Source: Cycas panzhihuaensis
Taxonomy: Eukaryota; Plantae; Cycadophyta
Direction of reading: 5' to 3'
Assembly (NCBI GenBank): GCA_023213395.1
Contig: CM041465.1
Location: 191,401,741-191,465,740, forward strand
DNA: 64,000 nt
The notes under the pieces are model-generated. The model had not been told where the DNA came from, searched no databases, and saw nothing but the letters and a program-made list of their open reading frames with translations. Within the stretch, counting starts at the first letter, position 1. Each line of letters opens with the position of its first letter. Shown here in pieces: positions 51,257 through 64,000 of the stretch. The position numbers and the translations under genes are program-made.

Positions 51257-54200
51257 TTCTCCCCCATAATGTTCATTATGTGAAACTCTAAGTTTTTCTT
51301 TGAATTTGTGGGACTTATACTTTAAAAATACTTTAGGAAAGAGATTTGTTGCTTGTTCTTTTGCTTTGAAGTAGACCAATTCCATGTCAAGATCTCTTAT
51401 TGATGCGTTTGTAATAATAGTCTCTTTAAGAATATAAGGCTCATATGGTTTCCAAACTTGATTTGAATGAGTAGGTCTGGCCTCATTAGGATCTTTATCT
51501 TCTTTGTCTTTTACCTTGGAGTGATCATCAACTTTGTTGGAGACATCAATAGTACATACAACATTATTAAATACATCATTATTATCATGCTCTAATATCT
51601 GTCCCACATATAAAACATCATCAACATATTTAGTTTCTTCTAGTTTTGTAGTGGCTCCCCAATAAACCAATTCCAAAATATCCTATGCATTCGTTGATGT
51701 GGTTATCTCACTTATGCTAGAGAATGTGTGGTCATCTAATGCACAAAACATTAGAGCTAAGGCTTCATTGTCTTTTTTCACATTTTCTTTAAAGTTTTGT
51801 TCATCTTCATTGTAACCATCATTTACAAATTTCCAAAGATTATTAACAATCAAATATGATTTTATTAAATTTCTCTAAAATTAAAAGTTTGATCCATCAA
51901 ATATAGGTATACTTATGTCACCATGATTTATTGCCATTATAAACACTTTAATATATAATCCAAAGGAAATATGTGGTCTTATTAATTTAGTAAGATTCCT
52001 TTTAACATCAAATGAAAGGCAAAAAAAAACTTGAAATTGAAATGTAATAACCTCCTTTCAAATAAAATAAATATGGGACAAATAAACTTTCAAATTGATA
52101 CCAGTAGGATTCCTTCTTAACAAATAAAAGAAAGTAACTTGATAATAAAATAAAATATATCTCTTAAATAAAATCAATGTAAGATGTATACATCTTTTTA
52201 AAATGAAATAAATATAAAACCGATAATCTTTCCAAAATAATACAAATAAGCCTTTAAATAGTATGAAATGAAAGAAAAATGAAAGCCTTTGAATGAGCTT
52301 ATAGGCATGTAATAAGATACACCCTAAGTAAACTTTTAGATGCAATAAGTAAACCTTTGTTGATCTCTATGAAAAAAAAACTTTAATAAAATGATAAAAT
52401 GATCAATAAATGATGGGTAAAGTAAGCCTAATATAAGTTTCAATACAAAGATGAACAAATTTAAAAATAAATGAGCAACAAATGCACTTTATATGAGCCT
52501 TTTCAAGATGCAAAAGATACCCTTGAATACATTTTGAAATATGCCTTAAAGACAAAGCAAGCTGATCCTTAAATAAGTAAAATAGGCTTAATACGAGCTT
52601 TAACATAAAATGAATGAGTTATAAACTAAAATAACTACTTTAAAATAGAGTTATTCAAGGTTTAGAAAGTACCAATTTGTGAGATTAATGTCAAAAGTTC
52701 TTCTTTTCTTTCAAGAGGCCAAAAATGACAAAAAAACTATAAAAAATAGGTGTGAACCTCTAAAAACAAGTGAAAATAGTCCAAGATGGATTATCAACTC
52801 AATAACATATAAATATGCTTGAATGAAGTAATAAAATAGCTCTAAAATGTTGAAAAATACTTAAACTTAGGCCAAATAGAAGGGCTAACTTTAGCAGCCT
52901 TAAGCTCCTACAAGACAACTTCAAAACATAATAAAAGTAGCTTAAGTATGTAGATAATCAAATTATCTTTCCAACGTATCTAGTAGTTCAAAAAATGGAC
53001 TTTTCAATCAAAAGTTATAATCAAAACGATGAGAAGACCTCTTTGAGGCAAAAACTAATTTTTTTTGTTTTTGGGGGGAGGGGCGGGGGGCAAGAGGGTT
53101 AAGCCCCTTTCAAAAGAGCCTCTGGTTACCTGAATGATGAATAGAACCATGTGTTGGGTTGCACAAGGGGCTGGTGGACTCCAAAGAGCTATGTAAAATA
53201 GTTAGTTTCCTTTATATTAAAAAAATATTAATAATTAGTTGATTTTATCAAGAAAAAAGGCCCTTCTTAATGTTAAAATGAAGGTCATATGGCTTGAACT
53301 AGTGACTAAGGACTAATGAATAGAGGGTCAAATTTCAAAATTTATGAAATGAGATTAAATTAAACCTTATTGAGGTTTAAAATCAAATGAAAAATGAAAA
53401 AATGATGGGCAAATTTCGACGATGCAAAGACGAAGAAAATGAATACGAATTGATTGAGGGGACCTATGGATGAGATCAAAGGGCCTGAGTAGATCCAGAC
53501 TAGCCTACAGAAGCTAGAGAGCAACTCAAAATGAGGAGAAATGATAGGAAATGGCTACACGGGTCGTGGGAGGTTGATAGATTACGTGGACATCGTACAA
53601 CTCAGAGAGGACCTAAAAATAATTAGTGATAGCTCTATCCATACCTTATTAGGCATGCTACCCTACTCCAGTAGGATCTAATATGAAATAAAAGCAAAAT
53701 AAGTAGTTTACAAGAGGTGTACTAGGGGTTTTACTGGCCAAAAAGAGTGACTAGGCTTTTGGCAGGGAGATCTCTGTGCAGAAGCAACGGTTTCTCGAAC
53801 TGTTAGTTATGTTGCAAAGCTAACTCATAGAGGATTCCAATGAGTAGTAACTTGATATGGTTTCATTTGCTGTGGAGAGAGCATCAGCCTGCAAAAGTCT
53901 AGGTAAGGAGAGAAACCTAAAAATTAATAAAAAAGGATTTAAAAACTTATTAAATATTAGACAAAATATAGATACAAAAGTTCCAAATGAATGCTAGGCT
54001 ATGTATGCTAGCTATAGTAAAAAAAATGTGGAGAATATTGATTAAAATGGAGCATACAAATCAAAGTAATCAAATATTTAACAAAAACTATATAAGAACT
54101 ATTGACAAAATTTTATAAGCTAAGGAAATATTCAACAAAAAACTTGTCGTGCATGATATACACTTGCTCTGATACCAAATAAGAGACATTGAGGATAGAG

Positions 54201-54488
54201 CGAAGCAGGAAATTATCTAACCCATATTGAAAATCATTAACAAATTTTAAATTTTTGGTGGTGTTGATTAAACACCTGGGTACAATGGCCATAATATTTA
54301 TAGTTTGGGAGGCGGCTGAGAGCTTGCCTCAATTAACCCAATTCAGAAACATAAAATAATAATAAACCAAAAATAAAATAAACATACTTGAACCAAATGA
54401 CAGCCTGTGCATGGCTGGTGGTGGTCAACATGCTCCCAAGTTCCTTTGTGCATATATTAATATAGGGTAATGAACATTAAACCTAACA
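50925..54488 (-). mobile_element. Non-autonomous Ty1/copia derivative (gag N-terminus plus RNase H tail) with a normal 5' LTR and a palindromic 3' LTR
   Basis: 5' LTR ~54180-54488; intact PBS gctctgatacca at 54166-54177; gag ATG at 51937 (IPIFDGSNF..LWKFVNDGY); tail ELVYFKAKEQATNLFPK...KFKEKLRV..GGEC; PPT at 51257-51266; 3' LTR region 50925-51256; TSD CCTTC at 50920-50924 and 54489-54493. Confidence 0.88.
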
Positions 54489-57400
54489 CCTTCAAATATG
54501 ATCATAAATATAATTAATATGCCTTACAAACAGGCTTACAAAACTACATGATTCTTCATTTCTCATTGCCATAAGTGATATGATTAAATTCCTAAATTTT
54601 CACTTTAGAAATAGAAGAATGTTGGTCTGCATAGATTGTTACTGATCAACCAGGTATCACAGGTATTGTACCACTTGTGATAGACCTCTCATCTATTACC
54701 TAAAACCCACAATAAATTTAATAATAAGCCCAAGTAAGTTGAAATGTGATAATTGATCTTCAAATAAAGATTCAATTGATTTATATTAAAAATATGATCT
54801 AAATCAATACAATGCATAAGGTGGTATATTTATATATAAAATTTGCACACTAGCTCAGAAGATAATTACTCTTAATATTCATGCTAACTACTAATTAACA
54901 TTAACCCACTGCTCTATTAACCTTAACTCATTTATATTGAAAGCCTTGTAACCAATTAATTAATATTAATATGTTAGTTATTAATAGTCATGACTTCTCA
55001 TAAAGGGGTGCATCATTGGTATAAATACAACCCTGAAATCATATAAATATATCACATTTAATTCAATTCAATAAAATATATATTTATTAAATTATATTAA
55101 ATGTGATATGTATATTTATTTAATGCAAAAATATCTATCAAATTTACCTTTTAATTTTGGTAGTGGATGCCATATCTACTACAAGTAGTATTAGAGTAAT
55201 TTGATTCTTGACACTTCAACAATCTAATAATCATCCCTCGCTTAATGTCTCCTATTGTATCTTCCATTATATACAATTGAAATCTTGTCATCTCTCATGT
55301 CCAATTAGTACATCCTTACCTATTTAGAACATCACATCCTTGCCTCATACCATTAAAAGTTTATAGTAAAAATGTAAAAATAAACATGATACACATGGAA
55401 GAATAAAACAAAACATCACATCTTGGCATTGTTATATCAGTAAATTCTGACATACAAAAGGAAAAGAGAAAACAAATCCTTATAATTAAAATAAATAAAC
55501 ACATATAAAACGAAAAACTATCCTTGGGATTAATAAGGCTCCCATTGTGGATGATTATATCATTGAATACGTATAGAAGCATATCGATAATAAAATAAAT
55601 CAAGAGAGAGAATATGTAAGCAAATAATAAATTATAAAATACAAATCAATGTCAGTAAATAATTAGCCTAAGGTGGTAATATTGGCAAGGATAATGTGAT
55701 AATGATGACGTCAACAAGATTAGTATTGGTAAAGAATTCTCACTATATATTACTTTTAAATAATTAACCTTGCATATACATGCCATATATCATTGACAAC
55801 TCTTAGATATAAAGCACCTACTCCATTCATAGTGCACAATCATTAAAGGGAATAAGGAATACCTACGAATCATTATCTTGAATAAGGAATATATGAGCAT
55901 TCACTTGAAAAAGGAATATGTGCCAAGCTAGGGGCATATTATAGGTTAATTACTTCAAGCCACATTAATAACACACACACAATTTGCTAATATCATGTTA
56001 TTTCACAACAATCACCTACCTGCATGCTTATTTATGAAGAAAACCAACAGGAATCATAGAGAATGCTAGCAAAAAACATACACCTACCTCCATTAAATCA
56101 TAGAGGAAATAAAAAGTACATAAATATATTATATTAATCACCTTATATACTAATCACCTACTTGGTGAATATTAGTCACAAAGATGAATATGTTTATGCT
56201 TATTTTTACAACATGAAGGTAGAGATATTTTTATGAAAATATCTATACAAATTTGATAGCTTCCACATATATACCGATGTAAGATAAATATATTTCGCTT
56301 AAATGTTGGGCCTTGCTAAGGAACATGAATGCATACATACATGTTTATATTTCGTAGAATATTTTACTATACACAACAAGTAAATAAGATATATATATAA
56401 TACAAATGCAGTGTACACAGGATTTACGTGGGAAGCCCTTTCAAAAAAAAATCCACTACAAAGATTAATAGATCACATTAATTACCACTTGCTTGATGTG
56501 AATATAGAGGGGCTATAGGATTTTATATCCTTCCAAGGGATGTCAATCAACAAGGGTTGTGACCCTTTACATATCTCATGCCATTTCGTTAATCATAATT
56601 AAGTTAAACTACCGCATTAATATTAACTAGTGGCTTAACAAACAACTGCCATGTTAACATCTCCTCTTAATATGAATGTAGAAAACCTACAACTTGTAGC
56701 AATTGTGTTATCACAAAGGTTGGGACTATCTTGCTTCTTTATCCTTGTAGATATATCCTCCCTCAAGGATAACATCAGTGAGTCCTAATCCAGTATGCAT
56801 CTTTGTGAATTGATTTTCAATAAGTGCTTTGGTAAAGATATTCATAAATTAATATTCGCTTAGATAATAATTAACATGTAGCTTCCCTAACTTGATCTGT
56901 TCACAAATGTAGTGGTGTTATATCTCAATGTGCTTCATGCGAGCATGAAACTTTAGATTCGTAAATAAGTGAATGGTAGTCTGATTATTAATAAAAATAA
57001 TCATATAACTATTTGAAACTCTAAGAACTTATAAGAGAACTTACAACCATATTGCTTCTTTTGCACTAGCACAGAGTCCTTGATATTCTACCTCTGTAGA
57101 AGATAGTATCATTATTTGTTGCTTCTTTAACTACCACAAAATAAATCCATTACCAACACTAAAGATGTATCTAGTAGTGGACTTCTAATCATTAGAGTCT
57201 CCTCTCCAATCAACATCAATTCTCCTCACCACAATGGTATTTGAGACTATGATTGAGTGTCCCTTTCAAATACTTCATAATTTACTTTACGGTAATATAT
57301 TATGGTTCCTAAGAATTCTGCATATATTAGGAAACTCATCCAATATCATAAGTAATATTTGGTATGGTATAAGTCAAATAAATCAGATTACCTATTAATT

Positions 57401-59567
57401 AATGGTGCATTGTTCTATCTCCAAAGGGTTTGGCCATATCTTTTTACAATCTTATGCCCTTAACATATGGTGTTGCAGCTAACTTGCAATCTTATAGCCT
57501 AGACTTCTCCAAGAAGTTCTTCATATATTATTTCTATAACAATTTGATCTGATCTTCCGTCTACTTGACTTGAATACCTAAGAAGTAGTGAAGCTACTCA
57601 AGGTCTGTCATTTCAAAAGTAACTCCTAAATCAGACTAGACTCCTACAATAGTCTTATTACAGTTGCCTTCGATGAGTAAATCATCTATACACAACACAA
57701 TAGTTACTATTGAGGTCCCTCTCCTTTTCACATACAGATTCAGGTCAAGATAAAAAACAACAAATCCTTCAACTTTCAACTTGGCATCAATCTTGTCATA
57801 CTAAGCATGAGATGCTTATTTTAGGCCATAGAGTGATTTCTTTAATTAGCATATAAGATGCTCCTAGCCTTTCTTAATGAATCCTAAAGGTTATAACATT
57901 TAAATCTCCTTCTTTAGATCCCCATTAAGAAATATGAACTTGATGTTCATTTGGTGTAACTCCCAACCATAAGTAGTTGTTAAGGAAATCATCAAATAAA
58001 TAATTGTTATCTTAGAGGCTAGTGAAAACGTATCCTTATAATCAATTCCTTTCTTCTACTTAAACTCTTAAGTGATAAGCCTGGCCTTGTACTTATCCAC
58101 TTCTCCATTGGAATGAAACTTAGTCTTGTATACCCACTTATATCCAGCAAGGTTCTTTGTTAGAGGGAGTGGAACCAAATCCCATGTCTCATTCTTCATG
58201 AGCGAACCATACTCCTATTCTATTGCAACTCTCCATCATGGATCACCTTTCACTTCATAATATGAATTAAGATCACTTGAGTTGTTGGTGTCGACTAATA
58301 GAGTTTGAGTAGTAGATTAACTTCTTGTTCTCCTGTCATCAGCAAGGGTATGCATCACCACTAGAGAATCCTCCATCATCTTCTTTACCCATAATAGTAT
58401 AGAAGAACTTAGTGTTGAAGGTACTTCTTTATGTGATAACTTCTCATTATTACTTGCTCTACTTTGCCTAAGTTCCTCATGAATTTCAACGACTGGCTTA
58501 TCATTCTCTTTGGCTGATGAGTTTGGGAATGGAAGTAATAGGAAGCAAAAATACTATTCTGATGATTTCTCAACATGATATGTTGATAACTCATCAAATT
58601 TGACATCCCAATTAATCATGATATTTCTCCCCTATGGATCTCAGAGTCTATAAGCTTTATTTTGATCAAATACCCCATAAAAATATACTTTAAACTCTTG
58701 TAATCTAGCTTTTTTTTATTGTTGTCTAAGATGTGTGTATATCTAATACACTCAAATATTTTCAAATGGCTAATGATAGGTTTATGATCGATCTATTTTT
58801 CTTCAAGGGTCATGCTTTAAACTACTTGATTAGGTACCCAATTCAAAATGTAAATTGTAGTTGGTATAGCCTCTGCCCAAAATATTGATGTTAAGTTTCT
58901 TGAGTGTATCATACACCTTGCCATCTCTATCACAGTATGATTTTTCCTTTCTACAACACCATTTTATTATTAGATATATAGGATAGTAAACTCTTGTCTT
59001 ATACTATGATCCCAACATAGCTAATTAAATGTACGATTATCATATTCCTTACCATTATTACTTCTTAATGTCTTATCTTCTTATCATTTTCATTTTCTAC
59101 ATTTGCTTTCCAATCACAAAAGCAATCGAGAACATCTAATTTATTCTTTAAGAAATATACCCAAGCCTTCATGGTGTAATCATCCACAAATACTAAGGTG
59201 TACTAAGCTCTTGATATTGAAGGTTTTGCTCTATATACGCAAGCTCAAGCTTCTTCTTGGCTCTTTAGGTATTATCTCAAACAAAATGATAGTGATGACG
59301 CTTCCCGTATATGCACCCTTCACAAACACCATTTGAATATAAAACAAATAGTAACCCTTCTATAATTTTTATCCTTTTTAGTAGTGTAATGTTTTTGTAA
59401 TTAAGGTGACCTAGGGAATTATGTTATAGCTTGCTCACATCATTCGTTCTAGCAAGAAAAGCATATGACTTATTCTAGGATTAAAATTTCTCAAATACCC
59501 AAAAGTTATCTCCAACCTTCCTAGTAGTAATGATAAAGACATTTTGCTTGGATCCTTAATTAGATAT

Positions 59568-62168
59568 TATTTCCCAACTATCGAGAATGGACATGGGTGA
59601 GTCGACTCAGGTAAGTTCAGGTATGCTTCTATCCCTTCCCCTGTTAGTTTTAGAAAAGATGGGTTGAGGTACTTTACCTATATTGCATTTTGATTGATTG
59701 ACTGCATGATCACTATGCATTTATTGCTTGACCATATTACATCCCAACATTTTTTTTAGCTTATGACGATTTAGGGATACATATCCCATGGCACTCCACA
59801 ACCCTCCACCATGTCTCCACAATATCCCCAAGTACCTTTTAGCTTCTACAGCCTATACCACATCATCCACTAGCGCGACATGACCCCTAGCACCTCGCTT
59901 AGGCCTGTTCGTCACCCTGCATCCACCTTTGTAGCTCTTTTGGGAATCTTTTACCATCATTGCCTACTTGTTGTGGCCCCTCTAAGTCCTATAACCCTTG
60001 TTGCCACTCGAACACTACACCATGCCTCCTTAGGGCCTAAGATTCCCTCTTTTTGGACCTTTCGAGCCCCCTCCTTTTTCTTTTTTCCTTTGTTTCTTCT
60101 ACACCGTAGTAAACTTTGCGGTATCGCTGCAAACTTCACAGTACCGCTAAATTTACCATGGGACGATTGTTCATAGCCATTTTTTAAATTATCACAACTA
60201 ATTTCACATTTATTGTGAAATTACCACATGGCAGTAACTTGGTTCCCACCCATGCCAAACCCTAATCGCTCAATTAAGCTAGGGTTGGGTTTAAAAACCT
60301 AAAAGCCACCTCATTTCATACTCTCTCCTTGACTTTTCACTACTATCTTCTCAAAAAATGCCCTGTAACAAACTCAAGTTTTGATGTACCTGACTCGACC
60401 ACCAAATTTCTTACAACTCAAGACATACAAAGGTTGTGTCTCAGAGAAGGCTACCGAGGAAAGATTATGCTTCAAATGCTTCACTATGTTCTAGGTCTCC
60501 TTTGTTGCTTAAGGTTTTGTCTCCATTGGTGCATCACTAGGGTTTCTTCTAACAAACCCTAAAGGATCTTCTTCCTCACCCAGTTTGACAGGTAGATCTA
60601 CTTTAGATCTGCCCTTACTAGGTACTCTCAAATCAGTCCTTTGATTTCCCTTTTTTTTAGCAATATAGATACTCTTCTACCAGTACTTTCTCCAGCAAGT
60701 TACTTTCTTTCTTCTTGTTGCAACGAGAGGCAAACCCTCCCTTTTTCTTGGCCTGTCTGCACTCCTCTCTTGGTTCACTTTGGGTTCCTCAAGGAGGCAG
60801 CAAGGAAGAGGATTATACAGAGAGCAAAAGAAGCTATAAGCAGGGTCCTGCACCCAATGCGCCTTCTCCTCAAGGGCAGGCCTCTTCTCTCCTTCCATTT
60901 CCTTCTCCATATCTCCCTTGGTTTCCAAAAGAACCATTGAAGAGAAGATCTTTGCTGGCAACAGTGTAGGTATCCCATTGTTGCATTTGCAACCAACATC
61001 ACAAATCCTACACGGCTAAGGTTCAGCCCCACTCCATATCCTTCTTGTGTTTTAGTTTAATTCTTGCAGAAAGCCTACAAAAGTTGCACTTTGTAACTTT
61101 TGCAATATTGGCAACATTTCCAATGTCTCTTGCTATTTTTTCTCGTTTTTTTAGAAACTTGTTTGCATTTGTTATCGGGTTATTTCATTCCCCATTACCC
61201 TTTCATCTTGGTGCTTGGGGACATCGTGGAGCATCCTAGATTCAGGGGGTTAGCCATTCCGAGGCTAACTGTCCTTCCTCTTTGTCTTCCCTCCATCTCC
61301 CGCATCATACATTTAACAATATATGTGACGTATGGAACAACCTTAACATTGCATGCATTTCTTTCAATAGAGATTAAGCGCATCTTGCTACTTTCCCTTT
61401 CACATACTTGTCCTACATGTGTTTGGTGCCCCTTGAGAAAGGGCGAGCTCTATTGGTATAGGTTTCCTCTACATTTAGAGTAAGCGAGGACTTTGTCCCA
61501 GATACACTTCTCTTCCGCTCAATAGTTATTTTTCTTGCACTCAAAGATTGTAAAATAAAGTTGCTTTAGTGTTTACACTTCCTTTCTCCACATTTCTTTT
61601 TTTTCTTCAGTTTCGAGGGAAGGTAAGGAAGCCCTCTCTCTTCGTCGGTATTCCTTCCATTGCATCGTCTGTGGCAAGGAAAAGGGTGAGGATTGTAAGA
61701 GTGGTGAGGGTAGTGCTACTCTAGCCATCACATTTCTGGGTACATCTCTCTCCCTAGCCTTCAAATTCTTACCCTTATTCCCCCCCCCCCCCCCCCCCCT
61801 TTTTTTTGAGTACCCTTAGACAAAAGGAAAAGGAAATGATTCATGTTGTTTTTGCACTTTGCTTGTTGTTCCATGTTTGCCCATTTCAACTCATATAGTC
61901 GAGGATCTAGGCAGCTTGCACCAATAGGTGCTTACCCCTTCTTTGGGCACATATATCCCCCACATGTTGTCCTCTTTCATATAGGCCTTCACCCCTACCA
62001 AGATTTAGGCAAGGTGGATTAGGCACTCATCTACACATACTCTTATCACCTCATTGCATATCATGAAATAACTTTACATCCCTTTCATAAGCTTTTCACT
62101 TATTTGGCAATCAACTTGATTTCTTTCTTTGCATTTGCAAGAACAAAGAGAATGAGGTTACATCTAGC

Positions 62169-62221
<53 letters not shown>

Positions 62222-62886
62222 TGCATTGTCTTCTTTCTTTTAAAAGTCATTTCTTTTAAACACAAGCACTGCATTTCCACCTTATATCTCTATATTACAC
62301 AACAAAATAATGACAAACACAGGACAACCTCCTTTTTCAACCCATCATACCTAGAACCCCCTTAGGTTTGGAACCCCTTGAGAACACCTCCTCTCAAGAT
62401 TATTTTCCCTTTCTTTCTTCGTTTTCCTAAGTTAGACCTCCTAGGTTTAGTCCTTGGGTCGATGCTTAGTGTGTGAAACCAGTCACTCTCTTGTCTACTC
62501 GTGTTGCAAGCCGCCTTAGGCTTATACGTGGGTTTCTCTCCTTCCTTGCTAAGGATCACTCCCTTTGTCATCCCTTCACGCGAGGAGCTATTCCCTTACT
62601 TCCTTCCTCCCTCCTTCAGCCATTCAAGGGTGGGAGGGCCCCCATTGAGGTTACTTAGGAACCCGAGGAGATCCCTCTTACACCCGTCACTCCAAAATTG
62701 AGGAGGAGTTACCCTAAAGGAGTTTGTGTGCCATTTGCAGGTCCTCAAACCTGCGTTCTAACACATAGATGCCCTTTGTGGGTGATCTCTTTCCCTTACT
62801 ATCGTAGGTCCATAGCCACCATAACCGTTAGTCATTTTGGCTTGATCTCATTTAAGTATAGTGACCCCCCCAGAGGTGCGACTCCA
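59568..62886. mobile_element. 3.3-kb insertion, probably a large solo LTR (Tat/Ogre/Athila-size)
   Basis: TA(<TG)...CA ends, TSD gatat (59563-67)/gatac (62887-91); removal restores the host reading frame YYDR-YLIKDP; no retroelement protein motifs recognised inside. Confidence 0.7.
62170..62221 (+). repeat. (GA)n microsatellite
   Basis: Directly visible; a poly-C/poly-T tract also lies at 61779-61807. Confidence 0.97.
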
Positions 62887-64000
62887 GATACCTATCATAA
62901 TAAAGCTCTACCTTCATTCTTTGTTTACAAATTTCATGGGATAAAAGCAAATTTAATTATATCTTGGGTACATAATAGACCCCTGTAAACTTACCACCTG
63001 CTAAGGAAACTTTGCCAACACCTTCCACTAGTAACACACAAGCATCTCCAAGGATGATCTTCGTACCACTATGATTTTCACTCCATGTATCAAAGTTTTG
63101 TTTTTACAAAGAGATATGCTTCTATGCTTAAGAGTCCAAAATTTAATAGTCTCTCCGACTTAACTCCACTAGCAAGGCTGACACTTTGACACTATGTACT
63201 GTAATGCTCTTCCTTTTATTGTCCTAGCTAACTTTGTGTTAGTCCTATCTCTTGAACCAATAATTCTTTTCTATGTGGCCTTCCTTCTTGTAATAGTTAA
63301 ATTTATCATTGAATTTCTTCTTTTCTTGAGAGTCTTCCCCAAATATTTGTATGAACTTCTCCTATAGAATGGCCTCTCTCCTCTACATCTTTATGGCTGG
63401 CTTGACTCAACTTGGAACCTCTAGGCATCCCATGATGTTTTAACTTGGCATTCACTATTAGAATATGATTATTTATGCTATCAAATGTCTCTACCTCCAT
63501 TACCTTATCTCTACCATAAATGGTCTAAAAGGTGGTAAAAGTAACTAGCAACTTTAACATAATTATCATAAACAAAAGTATATCATTGATCAAATTTGGC
63601 TTTAACTCTTCTAGCTTATTCCTCAAGTTAGTGATATTATTTAGGGAGGAACTTATGTTGGTCTCATTTAATACTCTAGAATTGAGAAGCTCTTTAACAT
63701 TAAGGCCAGATGTCTATTCATCTCTATTTTCTCAAAAGTCCCATATAATTTTTCTTAGATTTCATCTAATTAACCTAGGTTATAAACCAAAGCCCTCTAG
63801 TCTAGCACTAATGACAATTTCAATAATTTAATAGCCATAAATTACTTCTCCTCAAGTCACACACATTCTTTATGGTTAAGTAGATTACATCCACTTTTGT
63901 CTTAGTAATTACCTAAAGTTGATTCATCAGTAATATTAACTCTATATTGGCCTTCCATTTGTTAAAATTGTATCACTAAAGATAGCTTTGGGCATCAAAT

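Larger units (their letters stand above)
56278..64000 (-). mobile_element. Strongly decayed Ty1/copia element (3' LTR ~56278-56659, RNase H, RT, integrase; protease and gag resume after 62887), running off the window
   Basis: PPT tctcctctt at ~56660; FHARMKHIEI at ~56925-56955; KWVYKTKFHSNGEVDKYKARL at ~58080-58140; integrase NGVVERKN and FWAEA at ~58870-58965; VYYVPK..NLL at ~62940-62982. Confidence 0.85.

Noticed and set aside
62874-62891. gtgcgactcca as a tRNA-Arg PBS (TGGCGACTCC...)
   Set aside because: Match is short, and host copia sequence with a TSD resumes immediately, so it is read as the insert terminus.
1-64000. CRISPR arrays, rRNA/tRNA genes, prokaryotic operons or viral (non-retro) insertions
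   Set aside because: No regularly spaced repeat-spacer array or structural RNA gene seen; tRNA similarity is limited to PBS motifs.

Overview
Eukaryotic, AT-rich, heavily methylation-eroded DNA from a large-genome land plant (fern or gymnosperm-like architecture; this is inference). The only host gene I can support is the 5' end of RAPTOR (TORC1 scaffold) on the minus strand. It has a CpG-rich promoter/leader at ~40080-40560, a probable 212-nt 5'UTR intron, and a first coding exon at 39752-39447 (MALGDL...KWRMKDR|GT). The next exon (MKTGCVALVLCLN...) is not visible anywhere downstream, so the intron appears to be >39 kb. It is filled with at least 10 nested, decayed Ty1/copia and Ty3/gypsy elements and solo LTRs, several with recoverable LTR pairs, PBS, PPT and target-site duplications (TSDs). 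Upstream of the gene lie a full-length L1-type LINE (18-bp TSD), a gag-only non-autonomous copia derivative, and another copia split by a 3.3-kb solo-LTR-like insert. Most interesting: (i) a non-autonomous copia whose 3' LTR is a 332-bp fold-back palindrome, so both ends are the same LTR terminus in inverted orientation, yet it sits in a clean CCTTC TSD; (ii) a predicted RAPTOR mRNA leader combining a 5'TOP-like pyrimidine tract and three uORFs, both TOR-sensitive control elements, suggesting translational feedback on TORC1; (iii) two independent gag+pol-tail non-autonomous elements. All coordinates and identities were read by eye; no searches or alignments were run.
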